Below, piece by piece: positions 1 through 9,121 of a DNA stretch of 32,000 nucleotides; positions within the stretch are counted from its first letter, which is position 1; every line of letters starts with the position of its first letter. The stretch is from assembly GCA_030604855.1 (NCBI GenBank), contig JAUVVC010000003.1, positions 90,001 through 122,000 of the forward strand. The letters run 5' to 3'. Source of the stretch: Erysipelotrichaceae bacterium (GTDB lineage: Bacteria > Bacillota_I > Bacilli_A > Erysipelotrichales > Erysipelotrichaceae). The notes beneath the pieces are model-generated. The model did no database searches. It had not been told where the DNA came from and worked only from the letters and a program-made list of their open reading frames with translations. The position numbers and the translations under genes are program-made.

Positions 1-2
1 TA

Positions 3-1184
3 GCCTTTGCGATTGCTCTGTTCTCTGCTTTAGCTTGGTATTTGAGTGGAGAGTCCATTACTTTCTCTTTAACCATCTTTATTTCAGTTCTGGTAATCGC
101 ATGTCCATGTGCACTTGGTTTAGCAACACCAACGGCAATCATGGTTGGGACAGGAAAAGGTGCTGAGAATGGTGTTCTGATTAAGAGTGGAGAGGCGCTC
201 GAGACGGCTTATAAGGTGAATACGATTGTTTTTGATAAAACGGGCACCATTACTGAAGGCAAACCAGTTGTAACCGATGTGGTCGTTTTAGCCGATATTG
301 AACAGGATGAACTCTTGCGTATCGCAGCTTCTGCAGAAAAGGGATCGGAACATCCTCTTGGGGCTGCGATCGTTAAGGGAGCTCTTAGTAAAGGATTAGA
401 GTTATCCGAACTCTCGAACTTCAAGGCCATTCCAGGTCATGGGATTACAGTGAATGTCGAGGGTAAGCTGGTTCATCTGGGCAACCGTAAACACATGGTC
501 TCAAATGATGTATCACTAGCGAACTCATTAGAAACATCGGATCGCTTGGCAGATGAAGGGAAGACGCCCATGTACCTTGCTATTGATGGACGCCTAGCTG
601 GCTTGATTGCAGTTGCGGACGTCGTTAAGAAGAGCAGTGCGCAAGCAATTAAGCAGCTTCAAAAAATGGGTATTGATGTCGCAATGATTACGGGTGATAA
701 TCGTAAAACAGCAAATGCGATTGCACGACAAGTGGGGATTGAAACAATTTTGGCTGAAGTATTACCACAGGATAAATCAAATGAAGTCAAGAAACTTCAA
801 ACAATGGGACGTAAAGTCGCCATGGTCGGCGATGGAATCAATGATGCCCCAGCATTGGTACAAGCAGATATTGGAATCGCGATTGGTTCAGGTACAGATG
901 TTGCGATGGAGTCAGCAGATATCGTCTTAATGCGAAGTGATTTGATGGATGTGCCTACAGCACTCCTCTTAAGTAAGAAGACAATTCGCAACATCAAGGA
1001 GAACCTTTTCTGGGCATTTGCTTACAATCTTCTCGGTATTCCAGTTGCGGCTGGATTACTCCATATTTTCGGAGGTCCAACCTTGAATCCAATATTCGCT
1101 GCAGCAGCAATGTCCTTATCTTCCGTATCCGTTTTAACCAACGCACTTCGCCTTCGATCTTTCAAAGTGCCCAAAGCGATCTAA
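3..1184 (+). CDS. copA: Copper-translocating P1B-type ATPase, C-terminal part (5' end cut by window edge)
   Basis: The frame is open from nt 3; the track start at 42 is an internal TTG. Motifs: CPC in VIACPCALGLATP, phosphorylation site DKTGTIT, SEHPLG, and hinge GDGINDAP. Adjacent to csoR and copZ. Confidence 0.95.
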   Translation, partial: AFAIALFSALAWYLSGESITFSLTIFISVLVIACPCALGLATPTAIMVGTGKGAENGVLIKSGEALETAYKVNTIVFDKTGTITEGKPVVTDVVVLADIEQDELLRIAASAEKGSEHPLGAAIVKGALSKGLELSELSNFKAIPGHGITVNVEGKLVHLGNRKHMVSNDVSLANSLETSDRLADEGKTPMYLAIDGRLAGLIAVADVVKKSSAQAIKQLQKMGIDVAMITGDNRKTANAIARQVGIETILAEVLPQDKSNEVKKLQTMGRKVAMVGDGINDAPALVQADIGIAIGSGTDVAMESADIVLMRSDLMDVPTALLLSKKTIRNIKENLFWAFAYNLLGIPVAAGLLHIFGGPTLNPIFAAAAMSLSSVSVLTNALRLRSFKVPKAI

Positions 1185-1187
1185 ATC

Positions 1188-1451
1188 ATGAAAATTCAAG
1201 ATGAATCGAAACGCGACATTCAAGATCAACTCAGCAAGATCGAACAACAAGTAAAAGTGGTGCGTTCTTTAATTGAGCATAATGAGGTTTGTGTTGAAAT
1301 TATTGATCATGTCGCTTCGATTCGACTTGAATTGAAAATGATATCAAAGTTGATTGCGGAACGACATTGTGTTCAACGTTTGCATAATGGAAGATTAACA
1401 GAAGAACAATTGACATCAATCACAAAGATGATCAAGCAACTTATCGTATAG
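1188..1451 (+). CDS. csoR: CsoR-family copper-sensing transcriptional repressor
   Basis: 87 aa. CsoR/RcnR-like helix pattern (LSKIEQQVKVVRSLIE). Cys in NEVCVEI plus His-Cys in ERHCV give the C-H-C ligand set. Starts 4 nt after the copA stop. Confidence 0.85.
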   Translation: MKIQDESKRDIQDQLSKIEQQVKVVRSLIEHNEVCVEIIDHVASIRLELKMISKLIAERHCVQRLHNGRLTEEQLTSITKMIKQLIV

Positions 1452-1517
1452 TTGTTGAACTCTATCGTGAAGTAAATTAAGTTAAAACGTACACAAGACC
1501 ACTGAGGAGAAGCAACA

Positions 1518-2867
1518 TTGGAAAACTTTCAAAAGGTGACATTGAACATCGCCGGAATGACCTGTACTGGCTGCGAATACAAAATTGAAACCAAACTTAA
1601 GAAGACACAAGGCATCATCATCGTTCGAGCCGACCATGTTAAAGGAACGGTTCGTTTGACCTTTGATCGAGCTTTGATTTCACTTAAAAACATCAAGTTA
1701 ATACTACGTAAGCTCGACTATGATGTCATTGAACATGAACGTAAAGCAAAAGAAGAGAAATCTTATATTCTTGATAAGATCATCGACATCGCTTTGATTG
1801 GGTTAAGTCTAAACTTCATATATCATTTCGTAGCACGCGTCGGTTTGTTGGAAATCTTCAATCAATTTCCTAAAGTTGAAGCTAATATGGGCTATGGCAT
1901 ACTCTTCATTGTAGGTGTATTGACATCACTTCACTGTGTTGCGATGTGTGGTGGAATCAATTTGAGTGCAAGTTTATCCACGGATCGTGAAACTAAGAAA
2001 CCAATGGATTGGACGGTGATAAAACCGAGCTTGTTCTATAACGCAGGGCGAGTGGTATCCTATACGGTTCTAGGTGGTATCATCGGTGGACTTGGGCAGC
2101 TTGTGTCTTTCTCAGGCTCAGCTAAAGGGATCGTCGCAATCCTAGCAGGTTTCTTTATGATGATCATGGGCATCAATCTCTTAAATCTCTTCCCATGGTT
2201 AAAAGCCTACACACCAAGAATGCCACGCGTTGTCTCAAACTTCATCGGACAAGCAAAACATAAGCACACAGGTCGATTTTATACAGGTCTTCTTAATGGA
2301 TTGATGCCATGTGGACCACTACAAGCCATGCAGTTGTATGCATTATCGACGGGAGATCCAATCAAAGGCGCTCTATCCATGTTCTTCTTTAGCTTAGGGA
2401 CAGTACCTTTGATGTTTGGGCTGGGTGCGATTAGCTCCTTTCTAAGTCGGAAGTTTACTGAAAAAATGCTTCAAGTCAGTGCAATCATGGTGATCATTCT
2501 AGGCTTCTTTATGTTTCAAACAGGTTTGGGTGTTTCAGGTTTTGCATTACCTTCATTTATATCAGGGTCAAACAGAACCACCAATGTTGCTACAATCGAT
2601 GAGGGAATTCAAAGGGTAAATTCTGATATCACAGCAGGAAGTTATGAATCGATTACAGTTGAAGTAGGGAAACCAGTACAATGGACGATTCATGTGGATA
2701 AGGGCGAGCTCAATGGTTGTAACAATCGAATCATCATACCTCGACTTGGATTAGAAATTGGTTTAAAAGAAGGTGATAATATTATTGAATTCGAACCTGA
2801 AGAACCTGGTTCACTCACATTCACATGTTGGATGGGTATGATACGAAGTAAAATCTATATCATTTAG
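1518..2867 (+). CDS. Fusion membrane protein: N-terminal HMA domain, DsbD_2/UreH-like polytopic core, C-terminal cupredoxin-like domain
   Basis: TTG start 8 nt after GAGGAG. HMA motif GMTCTGC. Hydrophobic core carries SLHCVAMCGG and LMPCGPLQ. C-terminus has NGCNN and FTCWMGMIRSKI, typical of cupredoxin_1-type domains. Sits between csoR and copZ. Confidence 0.75.
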   Translation: MENFQKVTLNIAGMTCTGCEYKIETKLKKTQGIIIVRADHVKGTVRLTFDRALISLKNIKLILRKLDYDVIEHERKAKEEKSYILDKIIDIALIGLSLNFIYHFVARVGLLEIFNQFPKVEANMGYGILFIVGVLTSLHCVAMCGGINLSASLSTDRETKKPMDWTVIKPSLFYNAGRVVSYTVLGGIIGGLGQLVSFSGSAKGIVAILAGFFMMIMGINLLNLFPWLKAYTPRMPRVVSNFIGQAKHKHTGRFYTGLLNGLMPCGPLQAMQLYALSTGDPIKGALSMFFFSLGTVPLMFGLGAISSFLSRKFTEKMLQVSAIMVIILGFFMFQTGLGVSGFALPSFISGSNRTTNVATIDEGIQRVNSDITAGSYESITVEVGKPVQWTIHVDKGELNGCNNRIIIPRLGLEIGLKEGDNIIEFEPEEPGSLTFTCWMGMIRSKIYII

Positions 2868-2878
2868 AGAGGTAAAAA

Positions 2879-3085
2879 ATGAAATCAACAATGATCAATG
2901 TTTCTGGCATGTCTTGCCAACATTGTGTTCAATCAATCGAAAGAGGGTTAAAAGAACACAAAGGTGTTCTAGAAGTAGATGTGATTCTACAAGCCAAAAC
3001 GGTAAAAGTTACTTATGATGAGCAACTCGTCAAAGACGTCGACTTAGAGAACTGGATCGAAAATATTGGTTATAAAGTTATCTAA
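2879..3085 (+). CDS. copZ: Copper chaperone CopZ (single HMA domain)
   Basis: 68 aa with GMSCQHC metal-binding motif. SD GAGAGG lies upstream. Confidence 0.9.
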   Translation: MKSTMINVSGMSCQHCVQSIERGLKEHKGVLEVDVILQAKTVKVTYDEQLVKDVDLENWIENIGYKVI

Positions 3086-3117
3086 GTCAACGAAGGGATT
3101 TAAATGAAAATTGAAAT

Positions 3118-3142
3118 AAGAAGCCTTTAGCGGGCTTTTTAA
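3118..3142 (+). terminator. Weak rho-independent terminator after the copper cluster
   Basis: AAGCC / GGCTT stem (3121-3125 / 3133-3137) followed by a T run. The stem is short. Confidence 0.4.
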
Positions 3143-3228
3143 TTTACAGTTTTTAATTTTCGGATGTTGAATTCAGAACAGTTCGGGTGAATAATAAGCA
3201 TAGAAGATTTGTAAACTAGGAGCACATC

Positions 3229-4257
3229 ATGCAAAGAGAGATTACCAAAGCAGTCGATTTATTGGACGCGAATGGGAATGTATTAGAACCGGGTTATGCA
3301 AAGAAGGCACACTTTAAGTACGACCGAAATGCGATTAAAGCAAAGGGGATGCGCATCAAAGAATGGGACTATTATTGTATCTTGAACGATCATTTTGGTT
3401 TGGCACTGACGATTGCGGATAATGCCTACATGGGCTTGGATTCTATCACACTCTTTAACTTTGATGATCGTAAAGAGATAAGCAAGAGTTTCATGCAATG
3501 GCTGACCTTTGGAAAGAAGAATTTTCCATCCCATTCGAGTGAGGGAGAAGTCAGAGTGGATGCGAAGACGCATCACATTCATTTCACATTAGAGAATAAG
3601 GTTCGTGTCTTGACGTTTGATGTGCCAAATTTCAAAGACAAGCAAAGTTTGTCAGGAAAGATTCGCTTGAGTGATGTACCCGAAGAAAGCATGGTCATCG
3701 CAACACCTTTCGACAAGCCTGGACATTTTTACTACAATCAAAAAATCAATTGCATGCGCGCTTCCGGGGAAATTAAGCTCGGATCCCAGATTTTCAGCTT
3801 CGATCCTCAAACATCCTTTGGTGTTCTGGATTGGGGAAGAGGTGTTTGGACCTATGACAATACCTGGTATTGGGGCAGTGCTTCAGGCTTGGTCAATGGG
3901 AAGACCTTTGGCTTCAATATTGGTTATGGGTTTGGAAACACACAAGCTGCGACAGAGAACATGCTGTTCTATGATGGGAGAGCGCATAAACTGAATGAGG
4001 TGATATTCAATATTCCAAGCAAAGAGGGTAAGGATGATTTCTTAAGTCCTTGGACATTTACAAGCGATGATGGTCGATTTGAACTCAATTTCCTACCAAT
4101 TTTGGATCGTGCTTCAAAGACAAAGGTTTTGGTTTTGGAATCCGACCAACACCAAGTCTTTGGGTATTTCTCGGGGACTGTGATTCTGGATGATGGGCAG
4201 AAACTAATCATTGAAAAACTGATCGGTTTTGCGGAGAAGGTTAAAAATCGTTGGTAG
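3229..4257 (+). CDS. DUF2804-family protein (function unknown)
   Basis: 342 aa. AGGAG SD 7 nt upstream. The N-terminal pattern LLDANGNVLEPGYAKK..KYDRNAIKA..RIKEWDYYCI matches my memory of DUF2804. No HMM was run. Confidence 0.5.
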   Translation: MQREITKAVDLLDANGNVLEPGYAKKAHFKYDRNAIKAKGMRIKEWDYYCILNDHFGLALTIADNAYMGLDSITLFNFDDRKEISKSFMQWLTFGKKNFPSHSSEGEVRVDAKTHHIHFTLENKVRVLTFDVPNFKDKQSLSGKIRLSDVPEESMVIATPFDKPGHFYYNQKINCMRASGEIKLGSQIFSFDPQTSFGVLDWGRGVWTYDNTWYWGSASGLVNGKTFGFNIGYGFGNTQAATENMLFYDGRAHKLNEVIFNIPSKEGKDDFLSPWTFTSDDGRFELNFLPILDRASKTKVLVLESDQHQVFGYFSGTVILDDGQKLIIEKLIGFAEKVKNRW

Positions 4258-4324
4258 TCGAATATCGCAAGCGCGGTCAAGAAAAGATTGAAGCATTTCG
4301 TTATGCTTGTCTTAGGAGGTGACG

Positions 4325-5239
4325 ATGGCGGACACATCAGCACAGCTTGCAGTTGAACAGATAAAGCAATACATCCATACGCATCTTCATGAACCCATCA
4401 GCTTGATTCAATTGGCAAAACATGTCGGGTATTCCATGTATCATGTGGCGCATCTCTTTAAGGATGAGACCGGCCTTGCGCCTTTCGAGTACATCCGTAG
4501 GCAACGACTTGTCGCATCAGCCCATGCGTTGCGTAAGCAAAAAAAGCGTATCATCGATATTGCCTTTGATCATCAATTCGCAAGTCATGAGGGTTATACG
4601 CGCGCATTTTCAAAAGCGTTTGGCATTCATCCCAAACGTTTCTCTAAGCTGCCGAAACCAAATGATTGGCTGATTCCTTACCAGACGATTCACCATCCTC
4701 AATCCAAAAAGGAGCACAATGAGATGACCCAGAAGACCGCAATCATATTCACACAAATTGTAGAACGACCCAAACGAAAATTGTTATTGAAAAGAGCTGT
4801 CCAAGCCGCGGATTACTTCAGCTATTGCGAAGAAGTCGGGTGTGCACTCTCCGGGCAATCCAAGCCTTGGGAAATACTGACGCAAATCAAAGAAGCACTC
4901 AATGAACCCGCAGGCTGTTGGTTACCGAAACAGATGATCAAAGAAGGGACTGGCGCATACGTACATGCGGTGGAGCTTCCCTTTGATTATACGGGTGAAG
5001 TTCCGGAAGGATTTGAAATCATCGACTTGGAGGCTTGTAAGATGTTGGTGTTCCAAGGTGAGCCTTATGATGATGAGCATTATGATGAAGCCATCGGTGC
5101 ATTGTGGGAAAGAATTGAGAAATTCAATCCGGAAGTGTACGGCTACACCTATGATTTTGACATCGCTCCACGCATGCAATTGGAACCTCAAGGATGGCGC
5201 GGATACATTGAACTGTATCCCATTCGATTAAAACAATGA
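4325..5239 (+). CDS. AraC-family transcriptional regulator with C-terminal effector-binding-type domain
   Basis: HTH_AraC signature (LAKHVGYSMYHVAHLFKDETGLAPFEYIRRQRL ... HEGYTRAFSKAFGIHPKRF). ATG at 4325 lies 5 nt after AGGAGG (4314-4319), so it is preferred over the GTG at 4319 used in the track. Confidence 0.85.
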   Translation: MADTSAQLAVEQIKQYIHTHLHEPISLIQLAKHVGYSMYHVAHLFKDETGLAPFEYIRRQRLVASAHALRKQKKRIIDIAFDHQFASHEGYTRAFSKAFGIHPKRFSKLPKPNDWLIPYQTIHHPQSKKEHNEMTQKTAIIFTQIVERPKRKLLLKRAVQAADYFSYCEEVGCALSGQSKPWEILTQIKEALNEPAGCWLPKQMIKEGTGAYVHAVELPFDYTGEVPEGFEIIDLEACKMLVFQGEPYDDEHYDEAIGALWERIEKFNPEVYGYTYDFDIAPRMQLEPQGWRGYIELYPIRLKQ

Positions 5240-5242
5240 CTT

Positions 5243-5264
5243 GAACCTCGAAAGAGGTTCTTTT
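5243..5264 (+). terminator. Rho-independent terminator
   Basis: Perfect GAACCTC-GAAA-GAGGTTC hairpin followed by TTTT, immediately after the AraC stop codon. Confidence 0.85.
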
Positions 5265-5316
5265 CAATTTCAGAGTCTTGACAAAAGCTTTATGAAAGCG
5301 CATTCTATACATAAGG

Positions 5317-5350
5317 TAACACATGTGTCAGTAATAAACAGATGTGTCAA
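5317..5350 (+). promoter_or_regulatory. Candidate TetR operator: palindrome plus repeated half-site
   Basis: TAACACATGTGTCA (5317-5330) has a perfect 10-bp palindromic core, ACACATGTGT. ATGTGTCA is repeated at 5342-5349. Lies between a TTGACA hexamer (5278-5283) and the tetR start. Confidence 0.4.
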
Positions 5351-5369
5351 TTTAAAAGTGAGGATATGT

Positions 5370-6020
5370 ATGGGAACACAAGTCTATCGTGATCAAGAAC
5401 GCGAACAAAACAAAGAAGTCACCAAGCAGAACATCGTAGAGGTTTCCAAGGAACTCTTTCTTGAAAGAGGTTTTGCACAAACCAATATGGCTGAGATTGC
5501 AGAGATGGCTAAGATCAGTCGTAAGACCCTCTATCGCTATTTCAATTCAAAAGAAGCGATTGCGATGGAGATTGAACTGGATGTCTTCCGTTTCTTTGTT
5601 TCCGTTCAAGATGAATTTGTGAAGTCACTTAAAGGCAATGGATATGAGAAGCTGACTCAGTATCTAGAGAAATTGGATTCAATGGTGGATGAGTACAGCC
5701 AACTGATACGTTTCACCGGGATGTTCGACTATTACTTGGTGAAAGACTATCCCGATACAGAAGGTCAGAAGGCGTTTAAGGCGATCATTGCGGAAGTTGA
5801 TCGACCCTTCGTTGAGTTTATCAATCTCGGTTTGCAAGATGGATCGATCGTATCGGGTATCGAGGTCAGTTACCTGGCACACACGATTTCCAATTCATTC
5901 TTGGCTTTGGCGCAACGTGTCGTGACACGTCAATCCAAATTGAATGATGAGCAGAACATTGATTCCAGGAAGATCTTAGCTGTGCAACGTTCTTTGTTTA
6001 TGAAGGCATTAAAAGGTTGA
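5370..6020 (+). CDS. TetR/AcrR-family transcriptional regulator
   Basis: N-terminal HTH (IVEVSKELFLERGFAQTNMAEIAEMAKISRKTLYRYFNSKEAI). ATG at 5370 follows GTGAGGA. The longer track ORF from 5241 would run through the upstream terminator. Confidence 0.85.
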   Translation: MGTQVYRDQEREQNKEVTKQNIVEVSKELFLERGFAQTNMAEIAEMAKISRKTLYRYFNSKEAIAMEIELDVFRFFVSVQDEFVKSLKGNGYEKLTQYLEKLDSMVDEYSQLIRFTGMFDYYLVKDYPDTEGQKAFKAIIAEVDRPFVEFINLGLQDGSIVSGIEVSYLAHTISNSFLALAQRVVTRQSKLNDEQNIDSRKILAVQRSLFMKALKG

Positions 6021-6045
6021 ATGCCTTAGGGCGTAAAGGAAAGTT

Positions 6046-7407
6046 ATGAAAGAGAAATTACCCGTATCGAAGCAGATCGCATACTCATTGGGACAGTTTG
6101 GTTGGTCCCTCTTGTCTGGAATCATTGGTTCCTATTTAATTTTCTATTACATCCCAACAAAGGAGTCCGGAATATCGATTTTCATCCCACAAGTCGTTTT
6201 CTTGGGCTTTGTGACGATCATTGGGGCCATCACCATGTTAGGAAGACTCTTTGATGCGATCACCGATCCATGGATCGCTACGTTGAGTGATCGCAGTAAG
6301 TCAAAAAAAGGAAGACGCATCTCCTTCATGCGCAATGCCTCGATTCCGTTCGCACTGACAACGGTGCTGGTGTTCTGGTCTCCTGTGAATGGGGAAAGTG
6401 GTTTGAATGTGGTGTTCTTGACCGTGATGTTATTGTTGTTTTATTTGTTCTTGACGATGTATGTGACACCTTTCTTCGCGTTGTTATCAGAACTTGGACA
6501 CACACCGGAAGAGCGTTTGAACTTATCTACGTATATCTCAGTAACTTGGTTCTTAGGTGCCGCAGTGGCTTCACAAGCACCCTTGTTGTGGAATTTGTTC
6601 ATGAGTATGGGCTATTCAACCGTCACGTCGATGCGCATTGCCTTAACAATCTTGTCAGCGATTGCATTGATCTTTCTTTTGATCCCTGTTTTTGCGATCG
6701 ATGAGAAACGTTATTGTGAATCCGTTCCGTCAGAACTTAAGATGTTGGATTCCATGAAGGCAACCTTTAGAAACCGTGAGTTCCGTATGTTCGTGTTCTC
6801 TGATCTTGTGTATTGGATCGCCATCACCATCTTCCAATCCTCACTTCTCTATTACATCACCATCCTCTTGAGATTGCCGGATACGATGTTTGGCATCTTG
6901 TTTATGGGATTGGGTGTGGGTTCCTTCTTGTTTTATGTCCCCATCAACATCATTGCGAAAAAGATCGGTAAGAAGAAACTCTTGATCATTGCCTTCATCT
7001 TCTTCCTCTTTGTCTATGTCTATGGCGCATTCCTTGGCAAACTTCCTTTGGATACGACGATTCAAGCTTATCTGCTTGTCTTACTGGCTGCGATCCCAAT
7101 GGCCATCTTTGGGATTCTACCGAATGTGGTCGTAGCGGACATTGCGGAATACGATGCACGCAAAACGGGTATTCGTCGCGAAGGCATGTTCTTTGGGACA
7201 CGCACCTTCATGTCAAAGATTGGTCAAATGTTTTCGATGTTGATTCTCAGTGGTTTGCTTCTTTCCAAAGGCAATGTCAGCGATGAGATGAGCATCCGCA
7301 TGACAGCGGTAACGGCTGCTGTCTTCTGCTTGGTTGGCTTACTCTTCCTTCTTTTATACAATGAAAAGAAGATCCTTGAAGGCATCACGGATGAAAATGT
7401 TGCTTAA
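6046..7407 (+). CDS. GPH-family (glycoside-pentoside-hexuronide:cation) MFS symporter
   Basis: About 12 hydrophobic segments. GPH signature LFDAITDPWIATLSDRSKSKKGRR in loop 2-3. Confidence 0.85.
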   Translation: MKEKLPVSKQIAYSLGQFGWSLLSGIIGSYLIFYYIPTKESGISIFIPQVVFLGFVTIIGAITMLGRLFDAITDPWIATLSDRSKSKKGRRISFMRNASIPFALTTVLVFWSPVNGESGLNVVFLTVMLLLFYLFLTMYVTPFFALLSELGHTPEERLNLSTYISVTWFLGAAVASQAPLLWNLFMSMGYSTVTSMRIALTILSAIALIFLLIPVFAIDEKRYCESVPSELKMLDSMKATFRNREFRMFVFSDLVYWIAITIFQSSLLYYITILLRLPDTMFGILFMGLGVGSFLFYVPINIIAKKIGKKKLLIIAFIFFLFVYVYGAFLGKLPLDTTIQAYLLVLLAAIPMAIFGILPNVVVADIAEYDARKTGIRREGMFFGTRTFMSKIGQMFSMLILSGLLLSKGNVSDEMSIRMTAVTAAVFCLVGLLFLLLYNEKKILEGITDENVA

Positions 7408-9121
7408 TGATTTGCGCGTTCGTATCGCCTATGAAATCGAAGGAACGCAATACAAACACAGTTTTGTAGGGACTTATCAAGGTGAACACCTTGATGTGAT
7501 TCTACACTTGAGCAAGAACCAAGACATCAATACGCTCAAATTAAGTGTAAACCCCCATCAATCCTTAACAATGCAAGAACTCATCATTGAGTTTAAGCAT
7601 TCGTTTAGTAAAGATGAAACAGTCTTTATGAATGGGTACCAATCCTGGACGGATAGTCGAGAATTCTTTATTGAAGAGAAAATGCATAGGATTTCTAAGC
7701 TTGCTTTTCCATTATTGAGAAAATATCAGTTTGATAAGTACGGCGATACCAACTTCAAAACGGCATCCAAACGTGCCGGTGATTTGCATGGTTATACCTA
7801 TGCTTATCTTCGTAAGGATGACCAATACATTTTGATGGGTTCTTTATCTGAGCTCAATGGGTTCACTCTCATCAATACCAGTGTTAAAGAGGAAATGATT
7901 TGGATTGAGAAGGACTGTAAAGACTTAATCATCGATTATCGCTATGATGCGTTTGATCTGGTGTTTGTCCGTGGGGATGAGACTCATGTTTTCGAGACCT
8001 ATTTTACTTTGATGAACATCGATAAACCCAAAGCGAAACACATGACTGGTTGGACCAGTTGGTATAACTATTATCAAAACATCAGTGAGGATATCATTGT
8101 TAAGAACCTTGAAATCCTATCTTCCGCAAACAAAAACATTGATATCGTTCAAGTGGATGATGGTTATCAAGTGGCGATAGGTGACTGGCTGCTTGTGGAT
8201 CAAAATAAGTTTCCAAATGGGATGAAACACATTGCGCAACGAATCCATTCAAAAGGCTATAAAGCTGGAATATGGTTGGCACCTTTCGTTTGTGAGACAA
8301 ACTCACGTATCTTCAAGGAACATACCGATTGGATTCAAAAAGATAAGCATGGGGAATTAGCCCTTGCAGGTGGTAACTGGAGTCGCTTCTATGCCTTAAA
8401 TCTTGAGCATCCTGAAGTGAAGAAATACATAAAACAGGTCTTTGATGTGGTGCTCAATGAATGGAAATATGATTTGGTCAAATTGGATTTCCTTTATGCC
8501 GTATGCATGCATCCAACTAAATATAAGACACGTGGTCAGATCATGTGTGAAGCCATAGACTTTCTAAGAGAATGTGTGGGTGACAAACTCATCTTGGCAT
8601 GTGGAGTCCCTTTGGGACCCAGTTTTGGGAAAGTCGACTATTGTCGTATTGGCTGTGATGTGGGCTTGGATTGGAATGATAAAGCATACATGCGATTATT
8701 TCATCGTGAACGTGTCTCCACTTTGAATGCATTGAACAATGCGATCGGTCGTCGTCAATTAAGTGGTCGAGCCTTCATCAACGATCCAGATGTTTTCTTT
8801 TACAGAGAAGAGAATATTCAACTGACACAAACACAAAAGGAAACCATCGCATTTGTAAACAAGCATTTTGGGGGCTTACTCTTTACGTCCGATGACATCT
8901 CGAAATATACGGATAAGCAGAATCAGTTTTTTGATGAGACCATAAAGACAGAATTGATCAAGATATTAAGTGTGAGACCTCAACGGAATGCTTTGATAGA
9001 GTTTAGTTACTCGATTGAAGGTGTTCTGTATGATGCGATGATCAATCTTGATAGTAAAACACACCAAGGCATCGCTGCATACTCAGTAAGCAAGAAAAAG
9101 AGAATGGAGAGCGAACAATGA
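7391..9121 (+). CDS. Compact GH36-type alpha-galactosidase-like glycoside hydrolase
   Basis: Motifs: GWTSWYNYY, VQVDDGYQVAIGDWL, KFPNGMKHIAQRIHSKGYKAGIWLAPF, LVKLDFLYA (candidate nucleophile Asp) and INDPDVF (candidate acid/base). ATG at 7391 overlaps the transporter stop by 17 nt, and GAAGG lies 8 nt upstream. Confidence 0.75.
   Translation: MKMLLNDLRVRIAYEIEGTQYKHSFVGTYQGEHLDVILHLSKNQDINTLKLSVNPHQSLTMQELIIEFKHSFSKDETVFMNGYQSWTDSREFFIEEKMHRISKLAFPLLRKYQFDKYGDTNFKTASKRAGDLHGYTYAYLRKDDQYILMGSLSELNGFTLINTSVKEEMIWIEKDCKDLIIDYRYDAFDLVFVRGDETHVFETYFTLMNIDKPKAKHMTGWTSWYNYYQNISEDIIVKNLEILSSANKNIDIVQVDDGYQVAIGDWLLVDQNKFPNGMKHIAQRIHSKGYKAGIWLAPFVCETNSRIFKEHTDWIQKDKHGELALAGGNWSRFYALNLEHPEVKKYIKQVFDVVLNEWKYDLVKLDFLYAVCMHPTKYKTRGQIMCEAIDFLRECVGDKLILACGVPLGPSFGKVDYCRIGCDVGLDWNDKAYMRLFHRERVSTLNALNNAIGRRQLSGRAFINDPDVFFYREENIQLTQTQKETIAFVNKHFGGLLFTSDDISKYTDKQNQFFDETIKTELIKILSVRPQRNALIEFSYSIEGVLYDAMINLDSKTHQGIAAYSVSKKKRMESEQ

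Noticed and set aside
3969-4343. A 124-aa ORF antisense to the DUF2804 3' end and the AraC start region
   Set aside because: It overlaps two better-supported sense genes and their SD. It has no translation signals and a low-complexity Ser/Pro/Leu shadow composition.
5241-5369. N-terminal extension of the TetR ORF in the six-frame track
   Set aside because: The extension would be translated through a perfect rho-independent terminator and the promoter/operator region. The ATG at 5370 has an SD and gives a standard TetR N-terminus.
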